From Thermoplasmata archaeon (GTDB lineage: Archaea; Thermoplasmatota; DTKX01; VGTL01): 64,000 bases of DNA. Made by a program: the position numbers and the translations under genes. The stretch lies in contig JAWCLH010000013.1 in the NCBI GenBank assembly GCA_038851035.1, positions 10,970-74,969 of the forward strand, given 5' to 3'. The notes under the pieces are model-generated. The model searched no databases. It worked only from the letters and a program-made list of their open reading frames with translations, and had not been told where the DNA came from. Position 1 is the stretch's first letter. The number at the start of each line of letters is the position of its first letter. Positions 9,160-18,252 of the stretch are shown here, one piece after another.

Positions 9160-10080
9160 TCACATCTCCAGCTGAATCTCCACGACCGCTATCCCGAGCT
9201 CCAGTTCCCTCACCTTGAAGAGCGTAACGTCCACGCCGTTGGGCCTGACGTAAACCTGATAGTCCGCCCCGGTGAGGCCCGTCTCGGGCCTGCCAAGGGT
9301 TGTGTTGAAGAAGTCCGCCCACACGGAAGGGAAGGCGGTAGTGATGTTCAGCCCCAGATTCCTCCCTGCCTCCCAGTCGCCGCCGGCGTAGGAGGTCTTG
9401 TCAAATATGCTTAAGGTGCTCTTCACCCTCATGTCTCCAGAGCCCGAGCGGGTGGCGGGTACACCGGTCAGGGATATCAGGGTGACGCTCGCGCTCAGGT
9501 TCCCGTCGGGCTCCCTGCGCAGGTCGAAGTGCGGCGAGGCCTTCATCACCGCTCTCCCGCCCTGCTCGACGATTATCGCTCCGTTCTCGTAGTGGTAGCT
9601 CTGATCTGGATAGTACATGTTCTGGGGCTGAAAGCCCATCCTCCCTCTCGTCAGACCGAACGTCTCGTTCGGGTCTGTGGCGCTTCCCAGCCTGTACTCC
9701 CCGTCTTCTGGGCTTAGGGAGAGGCTCCCCACGGTCCGGGCGAGGCCGAAGACCGGACCGCCCTCGTCCCCGAGCGTGACCCTGTTGGTCAGTGTCGAGC
9801 TCCTGCCCGCGAGAATCTGGAGATCTATATTCTCCTTGAGCTGAATCATCTGGGACTGAATTCTCTTCATCTGGCGCGCCTCGGCGTCCTTGGTCCATAT
9901 CGGAACGTATATTGCCATGAACATCGAGAGCGCTCCTGCGGCCACGAGGAGTATCAGTAGGGTCACCACGACGCCCGAGGCGCCCCGCCTCTCGCGCCTC
10001 CAGCGGTATCTGAAGGGCCTCTTTGGCGATTCGACGCGCCCGGCGCCCTCGCCTCTCCGAGATGGACGGGGGTGCCTCAT
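9160..10080 (-). CDS. minor-pilin-like secreted protein, paralog 2
   Basis: RRG|ASGVVVTLLILLVAAGALSMFMAIYVPIW N-terminal anchor; homologous to the flanking paralogs; ATGA overlap with upstream paralog 3. Confidence 0.6.
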   Translation of the reverse strand: MRHPRPSRRGEGAGRVESPKRPFRYRWRRERRGASGVVVTLLILLVAAGALSMFMAIYVPIWTKDAEARQMKRIQSQMIQLKENIDLQILAGRSSTLTNRVTLGDEGGPVFGLARTVGSLSLSPEDGEYRLGSATDPNETFGLTRGRMGFQPQNMYYPDQSYHYENGAIIVEQGGRAVMKASPHFDLRREPDGNLSASVTLISLTGVPATRSGSGDMRVKSTLSIFDKTSYAGGDWEAGRNLGLNITTAFPSVWADFFNTTLGRPETGLTGADYQVYVRPNGVDVTLFKVRELELGIAVVEIQLEM

Positions 10081-10979
10081 CTGCTCACCTTCACCTCCAC
10101 GACCGCGAACCTGATGGTCAGGGAGACAATGCCCCTTGCATCCATTCTGAAACCCTCCGGGGTCTGGCTGAGAGACACCTCAGAGCCGGTCAGGTTGGCG
10201 GCCGCGGCCTGCTCCTGAATCGATGCGTTGAGCCACCTGAGCCATCCGTCCGCGTGCCTGGTTGTGGCGTTTAAGGTCACGTTCCTTTCTCCGGGGAAGG
10301 GAATCAGGGTCTCTTCATAATGCAGAACGCGCGTCTCCACGCCCGCGCTCCCGGCCCCCGTCACGGAGACCCCCTCGCCGAAAAGGGCGTATAGGGGTAT
10401 GGTGAGCGTCAGGCTGCCCCAGCGGTCCCTCTTGAACTCTGGCGCCGGGCCCTCCCTGACTGTGGAGTGGCCCTCCTGATGCACCAGCACAGCTCCTCCC
10501 TCGTAGACATACTCTTGCTGCGGGTGGTACATGTTCCGAGAGCGGAAAATCAAGGACCCGCGCGAGAGCGCGAAGAGCTCGTCTGGGCTGTCGGTGTCGC
10601 AGACCTCGAACAGGCTCGCGTTGGCGTCAAAGGATAGCGTCCCGCTAGAAGGCTCGCCCTGAATTCCGAGGAAGGACGTGGTGGTGCCAGAGCTGAGTGC
10701 GATATGGAAGTATAGGCTGCCCGCGGTCTCTCCCTGCGCGAGCTGGTCCTCGACGCCGTCGCGTAGGGCGAAAAACTGGTTCGCAACGCGGCTCATATGG
10801 GCCGCCTCCGCGTCCTTCGACCAGACGGGAACGTAGTACAGAGCCACGGCCGTCAGGATGGTTGTGATAATGATGACGAAGAGTACCGCCGTCACCGCGC
10901 CCGCGACGCCGCTCCGCCGCCCCTGCCACCGTCTCCACGTGCCAGTCGACCTGCGCCTCTTAGTCCTCATCCTTACCAT
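10077..10979 (-). CDS. minor-pilin-like secreted protein, paralog 3
   Basis: RRSGVAGAVTAVLFVIIITTILTAVALYYVPVW N-terminal anchor; homologous to paralogs 1 and 2; overlaps the 3' end of giant gene 1 by 20 nt. Confidence 0.6.
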   Translation of the reverse strand: MVRMRTKRRRSTGTWRRWQGRRSGVAGAVTAVLFVIIITTILTAVALYYVPVWSKDAEAAHMSRVANQFFALRDGVEDQLAQGETAGSLYFHIALSSGTTTSFLGIQGEPSSGTLSFDANASLFEVCDTDSPDELFALSRGSLIFRSRNMYHPQQEYVYEGGAVLVHQEGHSTVREGPAPEFKRDRWGSLTLTIPLYALFGEGVSVTGAGSAGVETRVLHYEETLIPFPGERNVTLNATTRHADGWLRWLNASIQEQAAAANLTGSEVSLSQTPEGFRMDARGIVSLTIRFAVVEVKVSR

Positions 10980-13900
10980 CTCGATTAACCGTGGGGTTCT
11001 TAAACCTATTCAACTCGGTCGCGCCCGCAATGGGTGATGCGCTGGTGGGCCTCGCGCTAGGGCCAGCGCCCCCTCCGTTGGGTCCGGTGCGCCCGTCCCC
11101 TCCCTCTTCGGCAGGCGCCGCGCTCTCTCCAGAACCGCGAATGGAGCCACCGTCCTCGGGCATACCGGTGGCCGCGGGGGCGAGGCCGTCCCCACCGCTC
11201 TCCGGTGCCCCCCCAGCGCCGCGTCCCTGCCCGGTCGTGGTGTTTCCGATTACAGTGACGTCGTCAATGAATATGCCGCCGAAGCCCGCGCCGAGGTCGT
11301 GGTAGTGGAGGGCTAGGTCGTTGCGCGTGACCACCCTGAACTTCAGCAGTATCACGGAGCCCGCCCAGCCTGAGAGGTCACAGTTGAGTCTGGTCAGGGT
11401 GCGGCTGTCGACCCAGTTGTCGCGGATGCCCACGCCGGTGTAGCTCGTCCCGTCGGGCCCCGCGGCCTCGGTGCCCGAGACGTTCCAAGCGGAGCGCGCG
11501 CCCATGTTTAGCTGCCTCCAGCTCACCCCGTTATCGCTCGAGACCTCGACCCTGAAGCCGTCTGGTGGCCTGCCCTCGGCGAACGGGATGTTGAAACGGA
11601 GCTTTGCCGCAAGCCGCGCATCGCGCGCACGGGTGAGGTCAATTGGTATCGTGACCAGAGAGTTGTCTATTCCCCCCTTCAGCGCGTCCATCCCAGGCTG
11701 GGGGTTGTGGTTCCACCAGGCATGCGTCCCGCTGAAGGCGAAAGTGCCGTCAGCATAGTCATCGCCGTAGGTCCGACCGACTTCGACGAGCTCCCACTGG
11801 TCCGTCGTCTGGCCAGTGACCGAAACCGAGTCAGAGCGCCGGACCTTCACCTCGACGTCGTCTATGACCCAACCGTATCCCGTGCCGCCGTCGCAGAATA
11901 TGTAGAGGAATCTCACCCTGACGAATTCATTGCCGACGAAAGGCGTCAGGTCCGCTTCCACGTAATCCCAGCTGAACCTGCCGGCCCCGCTGACGCCATT
12001 CCAGCACCACCTCATGTCGTTCCCAAAGTCGTCCTTCAGATGCGGCGTGCCCCACTCGGAGAGCTTCAGGTTGCTCGGGTAGGGCTGGGTGGGGGCGACG
12101 TATCTGTAGGAGAAGGGGCCGTTGGCGGTGGGGGCCGTCCCGACCATTATCACGCCGCCATTGCTCCCGACCTTCAGGTTGTACTTGTGCCAGAAGGTCA
12201 GCCGCGCGCTCGACGCGCCCTTCAGGCTGAAGGTGGCGGTGGTGAGCCATTTGTCGGAGGGCGTTTCGTCGCCGTCGTTCCAGAAGGGCTGGTCGCCCGG
12301 CTTCTGCGGGGGCGGGACCGGGGTGAGGGCCGTGATCAGAATCTCGTCTATTGACCAGCCGTCGTCGAGGTCGTTGTCGTTGTCCGACTTGAACCTGAAC
12401 CTTATTTTCATCTGGTCCGTGAGGGTGACTGCCCCTCCCTTCGAAATATCGAGCGTTATATTGACCCAGCTCGTGATGTGGGAGTTGTTCGTCCACAACT
12501 GCGTCCAGGTGGCGCCGTTGTCGTTGCTCACCTCTATGTAGGATCTGTCGTCGTTGTCGTCGACGTCGTGCCTGAGCCAGAGGAAGAGCGTCGGGGCGCT
12601 GTGGCCGGTCAGGTTCAGGGCCGGTGTGATCAGACTGTCGTCCTCCTGCTTGTCGTAGTAGTTCGAGCCGCCCGATTTGTAGCACCTGTAGGAGTTGCTC
12701 CCGGCGTACTTGAAGAAGGTATCGTTCTGCCAGACGCCGTCCCCGCCGAGGTTCGTCTTCGTCCACCCGGACAGCGCTCCCTCGAAGCCCTCCTGCAGGA
12801 GCACCACGAGGCCCCTCCCCTCATCCCCTCCGCCCCCCTCGCCTCCGGCGCCCCTCGAGAGCCAGCTTGGCTCGCCAGTCAGTAGGACGTCGTCTATTGA
12901 CCAGCCCTCCGCTGTCTCAGCCACGTCTGCCCACATCCTAAAAGCGATTTTCATCTGGGATGTTGGCTGGATGACGTTAACATCCAGGTTTGAGACCATT
13001 GTACCAATGGCATTCCTTGGATTTCCATAATATCCCAACCATAAATTATTTGCCCAGCTTCTGACACCATACCATGTGAGGCCATTGTCGTTGCTAATGA
13101 AGACGTAGCCAAGGTCAGCGTTCCAGGATGATTCCCCGCCCCAGTAATAGGTGCCCCGGAATACCGCGGGCCTGTGCCAGAAGCTCAGCCTGAGGTTCAC
13201 GTAGCCCGAGGCGTCAATGGTGGGCGACACGAGCCAGTCGTCGTCGTTGTTCCCGTACCTGCCGGTGGCGGTGTCGTAGCAGCGCCACGCGGATAGGCCA
13301 CTGTTCCGGAAGTCGCCGGTCACGTACCTCCACGTGCTCCCCGCGGGGCCGTTGTTGACGACGCTCCAGCCTCCCGCGCCCATCTCCATATTGTCGTAGA
13401 AGAGCACCACCCGTTCCCCCGCCCCACCGGGGTTCTCCGACGCCCCAGCTCCGCCCCTACCCAGTGTCTGGGCCATCTCTTCGATTTGCTTGGATATGTT
13501 TGCGAATACCCACTCCAGCTGCTCCGCGTTGGGCGCGAAGTAGTACCATCCCCCGCCCCCGCCGGTCAGATTGGCCTGCGCCGCGAGGGCTATCATGTCC
13601 GGCTGCGAGGTTCCGACGACGTCCGCACCGTAGCCGATGACGAATATCGGGACCGGCGCGGTCGTGACGGTGGCGAAGGCCGTTGCTCTGCCCGCCGGTA
13701 CACTTGGGGAATCTGAGTTGCTCTGTCCGTCTGTGAGAATCACCATACATCTTATCCTGTTAGCCGCACCATAGTCCCTGATATAAGTGAAACTAGTTGT
13801 AACAGCGTTCCAGAACGGAGTGCCACCCCCGATTCTCATCTTTGCAATGGCATCATGGAGCGCGGACTTATTACTGGTCAAGGGCTGATCTAATTGGGTG

Positions 13901-16900
13901 TAGTAGGGAATCAACGGGGGATTTGGATAGCTGTTGTACGGTCTGTAGGTCGAGAACTCCGCCACCGCGCCCCTGTCCTGCGGCCAGAGCTTGTTCACGA
14001 ACTGCATCATCGCGGTCTTAGCCCCCTCAATCCTCGCGACCGCGTCCCAGGCCATCGAGCCGGTGACATCGCAGGTCAGTATGACGTCAACCGGTGTCCT
14101 CCTCTGGGCCTTTGGCTCGTGCATGTAGTAGGCGCTGTCGCGGCTATGGAACTGGGATGTTATATTGGGCAGGCTCATATTGTCTGTAGTGTTGCGCCAC
14201 CCATTGAATTCGGACCACTCGGCCACTATGTCGGTGTAGACGTCGCCGGCGTCTATGTACTCGAGCGCCGTTTCTCCATTAAGGCGCACAATGGTCGACT
14301 CGTGCGTCCACTTGTCCGCCCCCTCCTCCATGTCGTCGTAGAAGAAGTAGCACTGGATAGTAAGGGAGGCGACGTTGTTGAACTTGAAGACCTCGCTCAG
14401 GATGCCGTCGGGGTCGACCGAGACCGATATTGTGCGGCTGCCCGCGAATATCGGTGTCCAGATGATCTCAGCCACTATCATCGAGCTCCTCTCGACGCTC
14501 ACGCTGACGGAGTTGATGACCGTGCTCCCGTCCGAGAACCGCACGACGGCGTCGCCCCGGGTCCCGCCGGGGTTCCAGATGCGCGCCTTCAGCATGTAGG
14601 ACTCGCCCATCATGGGCTTCATCTCCCTGAGAGGCTGGAGGGTTGTGTGGAATAGGTCGAGGTGGGTCACCCTGAGCTCGGTCCTTGCGTCGTACATGTT
14701 GAACCATCGAAGCACCATGTAGGCGAGCTCGGAGAGGTACTGGTTGTTTCCTTCGTAGGAGATGAAGGACGGGTCCCAGGCGGTGAAGACCGTCCTGAAG
14801 CTGAAGGTGGTGTTCTCGTACCGAATTCCGTTGAACGGTCTAGAGAGGATGATGTCGTCCACGGCGCCCTCGCCCTCATTCATCACAACCTCGAACCCGT
14901 CGACCTGCCTGATTGTCCTGCCGCCCAGCCCGCTCCCCTCCCTGAGGTCCCTCTGCAGGTCGCGGGTCACGGTGTGCCACCTTCCATCGGCGGTGCCGGC
15001 GCCAAGCCCGTGGTGCACGGGCCCTGCGCCCAAGAGGTCCGTGTCGCTGTTTGTGTAGGTCAGGGCGATGTGGGTGCCCAGCGTGTCGGTCACGTGCCAG
15101 ACGAATGTGTAGTTGATGTCGAACCTGAAGCTCCAGCTCGCAGTCAGCCTCTCCCTCTCGTTCCAAGGCAGGTCGTTCGGGTTCTGGTCGCTGCCGAAGG
15201 CGAAGTCGCCGATAATGAAGTATGTGTCCTGCGCGCTCGCCCCTGTCCTGGCGAGGCGAATCACGCTCGAGCCCCGCTGAAAATCAAAAACATTGTTTAT
15301 AGAGGCTGAGGTTAGTGGCGGCACCACCCTCGCCGCCCACCCCTCCGTGTCGCCGTCCTCTGCGTCCTCAAGAAAGACCTCGTTCGGAGAGTCCGGGGAG
15401 GGCATCGGGGACTGGTAGGTCACTCCCCGGCCGTCGATATAGGGCAGCAGCAGTCTCCCCTTGTCGGCGGAGGTCGGCTGGGCTGGGTAGCGGACTCCGT
15501 GGGCTATTGGGTCGAGGTACGCGCCCTCTATCATGCCCGGCGTCCTCGCGCTGCCCGGGTCCACGACGCTCCCGATGCGCAAGTAATCCCTGTAGAACGG
15601 TTCCGCGCCGCCGGCGTAGTTCCCGTCAGGAATCGCGCGCGGGCCAAGGAGCCAGAGATACCTGCCGTCCCCTCTTCCAAGGAAGGAGGCGAGGCTCGTC
15701 CTGTCCGTGGCGGTGAGAGCGTTCGCCTGCTCCCCGGCGACCCATATTAAGGCGTTGTAAAGCGACATCTTTGCCGGGTCCGGGCCGTCTTCGCCTACAT
15801 TCACCACGTGCAGGTCGTACTGATACCCCAGCTCGTCAAGGGCGCGGGTCACATTGGCGGTGGAGTTGTAGGAGCTCCCCCCGTTGTTGGCGCTCCCGTC
15901 GTCGTCTATAACGAGCGTGCCGTATCTCACGTATAGGAACTCACGGTTCATGCTGGCCGAGACTTTGTTGTTGTTCTCGTTTATCTCTGATATGTAGTCG
16001 TAGGGGTCCACCTTTCCTGTTATCGTATGGGCCCCGATTCTATCCGCGGTCCAGACCATCGAAATTTTTATGAAGCCGCCCCCGCCCGGGACCCTGAGGC
16101 TGGCGTTGGTCGTGTCCTGGGGAATCCATATTTCCGAGGTCGGGGGGTTGAATGTGGTCAGGGAGCCGTTCAGCTCTATCATGACCGACTTCGGAGCGAA
16201 GGTCGCGCCGTCGATGTAGAACGCGACCTGCAGCTGGGGCCGGCTGACGTCGAGGGGCTCGTCGCTCAGGCCGTTGTTGCGGAGGTAGATGGTTATGTTC
16301 ACATCCTCCATGAACGCCGGCGCGCTCTTGTCGAACTGCTGGTCGGAGACCGCCAGGTCCCTGCCCCAGCTCGCTAGACAGCCGAACCAGTTGAGCATCT
16401 CGTATGTAATCATCGCCCTTTCGTTGGCCTCGGCGACCCGAGAGAGCTCGAAGCCGAAGAAGGCGGTCTGGAACGTGTTGGCTCCGGGTGTGCCATTAGT
16501 CGTTGCATTGAATAGGAGCCCGAGAGCCCTGTAGGGGTCCCCGGCCTCCGTGAAGGCGGGAACCGCTTTGCCCGAGAGGGGCTCCATGAAGTCCGCCCTG
16601 TCTGGAAGTCCGGAGGGAAAAGGCTTGGCCACGACGAAGCTCCTGCCGCTCAGAATTCCATTGCCGAGAATCTGTTGGGGCGTGTAGCGGTCGTAGAATG
16701 TGGTCGGCGTCAGTGGCGAGACCTTCATATAATTATTGAGGAACGGGTCGCCGCGCCCCAGACTGCTCAGGACGTCCTGACCTATCAGCCACAGCTTGCC
16801 CCCGTTGTTTAAAAATGTGGCCAGGTTGCTCTTGTCGTTTGAGGTTAGGGTCCCCACGCTCTCGTAGCCCGTGAGCCATATCACGAGGTCGTAGTCCCTG

Positions 16901-18252
16901 AGGGGGTGGGTCCCGCCGTCGTAGAGAGGCCCATCACCCGTTGGGACTACATGGGTCGTGTAGGAGGCCGCAACAGCGTCCAGCGACTCCTTCATATACA
17001 TTCCCACGTCCCTCACCGAGCCCTCGATGGCCCGGTCGTCGTCCACGAGCAGAATCGTCGGCAGGACCTCGAGCTGAATCGACTGCTCGTCGGGGAGCCC
17101 GTATGGGTCGGAGGCGTTGACAATCAGAGTGTGGATGCCGCCCCGCGGGGCCCTCCAGACAATGATCGAGTAGGACTCTCCTCCAACGGGAATGCTCAGG
17201 TTGTGCTCCACCCCGACCATGTCTCCGGGCGAGGTGCCGTCGAGGTAGTAGGTGACGTTGGCGAGCGCCGGGACGCCGCCCTGATTTGCGATGCGGGCGG
17301 TGATGTTAACATAGGCTCCATGTACGGGGTGCCTTGGATATACGTCAATCGAGCGAATTCTGAGGACCGGGTTGCCAGGGTGCATGGCGATGACGGTGTA
17401 GCCCACGCGATAACTCTTCGTGGCGTAGTTATTCCCGTAGCGAGACTCGTTCAGGAGGGGAACAACCCTCACAGTGATGGTGTGGATGCCCCAGCTCCCC
17501 GCGGGGATTTTGTAAACCGTGGACAGGTTGGCACTGGAGCTCCCGTTGAGCGCCAGGGTGGCATTCATCACTGGGAAGCTCTTCCGGTCTATGGTCGAGT
17601 AGTCGCTGATTCTGACCACGAAGTCGCCCGAGTAGGCGGAGCCGTAGTTGTGCACCGTCACATTGACCGTCACATTGTCCCCGGCCATCGGAGCGTTCGT
17701 GTCGTTGAATGTGGCGTTATTAAATAGAACGACTATATCCGCGGGCGTCAGGCCGAGGTCTGGGAGCCCCCCCGTCTCCGGTCCCTTCTGAAGAACCTGG
17801 TCCAGGAGAATCACGCTGTGCGCCGTGTCTATGACCTGTATCTTCAGCCTGTCGGATGGGCTTGTGTTGAAGGGCATGGTCCAGCGCTCCCCCATCCCGA
17901 GGGACGCGTCCCCACCGGTCCCATCGGTGAGGTTGTAGCCCGACACGAACGTCTCGTTTACGAAGAGAGCAAAACGTGTCGTGTGGTTGTGGAGGGTGTC
18001 ACCGCCCATGTGCGTGATTGTGATTATCTGGCCGTCATAGGCCGCCTCGAGGTCCACCGTGACGCTGTCAGACGGTCCTTGCACTGTGCTGAGCTGGAGC
18101 GCCAGCGCAGTCACCATCACCACGGACATCGCGACGAGCAGGAGGTCGCCGATGACCTCGGCCGCGCCTCTGCGGTCCCCGGAGATCCTCCGGAATTCCG
18201 CGGTTCCTCCAGCGACTGGTCCGAGTGTCCTTACGCTCCTCCACGAGCTCAT
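10960..18252 (-). CDS. giant (2430 aa) type-IV-pilin-like adhesin with VWA domain, CARDB-like and MAM-like repeats (paralog C, most downstream)
   Basis: N-terminus ...RRGAAEVIGDLLLVAMSVVMVTALALQ matches the archaeal pilin N-terminal/class III signal consensus (R-G|A-x-E-V-I-G-x-I-L-L). VWA domain with MIDAS motif (VDVILTCDVTGSM...). Repeated beta-sandwich domains ending in GW(A/S)IDD(I/V). Two copies of a ~200-aa L(V/I)DDD...DLVIW.TG...GGKLWL(I/L)G domain. Dense N-x-S/T sequons. ATGA overlap with upstream paralog. Confidence 0.8.
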   Translation of the reverse strand: MSSWRSVRTLGPVAGGTAEFRRISGDRRGAAEVIGDLLLVAMSVVMVTALALQLSTVQGPSDSVTVDLEAAYDGQIITITHMGGDTLHNHTTRFALFVNETFVSGYNLTDGTGGDASLGMGERWTMPFNTSPSDRLKIQVIDTAHSVILLDQVLQKGPETGGLPDLGLTPADIVVLFNNATFNDTNAPMAGDNVTVNVTVHNYGSAYSGDFVVRISDYSTIDRKSFPVMNATLALNGSSSANLSTVYKIPAGSWGIHTITVRVVPLLNESRYGNNYATKSYRVGYTVIAMHPGNPVLRIRSIDVYPRHPVHGAYVNITARIANQGGVPALANVTYYLDGTSPGDMVGVEHNLSIPVGGESYSIIVWRAPRGGIHTLIVNASDPYGLPDEQSIQLEVLPTILLVDDDRAIEGSVRDVGMYMKESLDAVAASYTTHVVPTGDGPLYDGGTHPLRDYDLVIWLTGYESVGTLTSNDKSNLATFLNNGGKLWLIGQDVLSSLGRGDPFLNNYMKVSPLTPTTFYDRYTPQQILGNGILSGRSFVVAKPFPSGLPDRADFMEPLSGKAVPAFTEAGDPYRALGLLFNATTNGTPGANTFQTAFFGFELSRVAEANERAMITYEMLNWFGCLASWGRDLAVSDQQFDKSAPAFMEDVNITIYLRNNGLSDEPLDVSRPQLQVAFYIDGATFAPKSVMIELNGSLTTFNPPTSEIWIPQDTTNASLRVPGGGGFIKISMVWTADRIGAHTITGKVDPYDYISEINENNNKVSASMNREFLYVRYGTLVIDDDGSANNGGSSYNSTANVTRALDELGYQYDLHVVNVGEDGPDPAKMSLYNALIWVAGEQANALTATDRTSLASFLGRGDGRYLWLLGPRAIPDGNYAGGAEPFYRDYLRIGSVVDPGSARTPGMIEGAYLDPIAHGVRYPAQPTSADKGRLLLPYIDGRGVTYQSPMPSPDSPNEVFLEDAEDGDTEGWAARVVPPLTSASINNVFDFQRGSSVIRLARTGASAQDTYFIIGDFAFGSDQNPNDLPWNERERLTASWSFRFDINYTFVWHVTDTLGTHIALTYTNSDTDLLGAGPVHHGLGAGTADGRWHTVTRDLQRDLREGSGLGGRTIRQVDGFEVVMNEGEGAVDDIILSRPFNGIRYENTTFSFRTVFTAWDPSFISYEGNNQYLSELAYMVLRWFNMYDARTELRVTHLDLFHTTLQPLREMKPMMGESYMLKARIWNPGGTRGDAVVRFSDGSTVINSVSVSVERSSMIVAEIIWTPIFAGSRTISVSVDPDGILSEVFKFNNVASLTIQCYFFYDDMEEGADKWTHESTIVRLNGETALEYIDAGDVYTDIVAEWSEFNGWRNTTDNMSLPNITSQFHSRDSAYYMHEPKAQRRTPVDVILTCDVTGSMAWDAVARIEGAKTAMMQFVNKLWPQDRGAVAEFSTYRPYNSYPNPPLIPYYTQLDQPLTSNKSALHDAIAKMRIGGGTPFWNAVTTSFTYIRDYGAANRIRCMVILTDGQSNSDSPSVPAGRATAFATVTTAPVPIFVIGYGADVVGTSQPDMIALAAQANLTGGGGGWYYFAPNAEQLEWVFANISKQIEEMAQTLGRGGAGASENPGGAGERVVLFYDNMEMGAGGWSVVNNGPAGSTWRYVTGDFRNSGLSAWRCYDTATGRYGNNDDDWLVSPTIDASGYVNLRLSFWHRPAVFRGTYYWGGESSWNADLGYVFISNDNGLTWYGVRSWANNLWLGYYGNPRNAIGTMVSNLDVNVIQPTSQMKIAFRMWADVAETAEGWSIDDVLLTGEPSWLSRGAGGEGGGGDEGRGLVVLLQEGFEGALSGWTKTNLGGDGVWQNDTFFKYAGSNSYRCYKSGGSNYYDKQEDDSLITPALNLTGHSAPTLFLWLRHDVDDNDDRSYIEVSNDNGATWTQLWTNNSHITSWVNITLDISKGGAVTLTDQMKIRFRFKSDNDNDLDDGWSIDEILITALTPVPPPQKPGDQPFWNDGDETPSDKWLTTATFSLKGASSARLTFWHKYNLKVGSNGGVIMVGTAPTANGPFSYRYVAPTQPYPSNLKLSEWGTPHLKDDFGNDMRWCWNGVSGAGRFSWDYVEADLTPFVGNEFVRVRFLYIFCDGGTGYGWVIDDVEVKVRRSDSVSVTGQTTDQWELVEVGRTYGDDYADGTFAFSGTHAWWNHNPQPGMDALKGGIDNSLVTIPIDLTRARDARLAAKLRFNIPFAEGRPPDGFRVEVSSDNGVSWRQLNMGARSAWNVSGTEAAGPDGTSYTGVGIRDNWVDSRTLTRLNCDLSGWAGSVILLKFRVVTRNDLALHYHDLGAGFGGIFIDDVTVIGNTTTGQGRGAGGAPESGGDGLAPAATGMPEDGGSIRGSGESAAPAEEGGDGRTGPNGGGAGPSARPTSASPIAGATELNRFKNPTVNRDGKDED

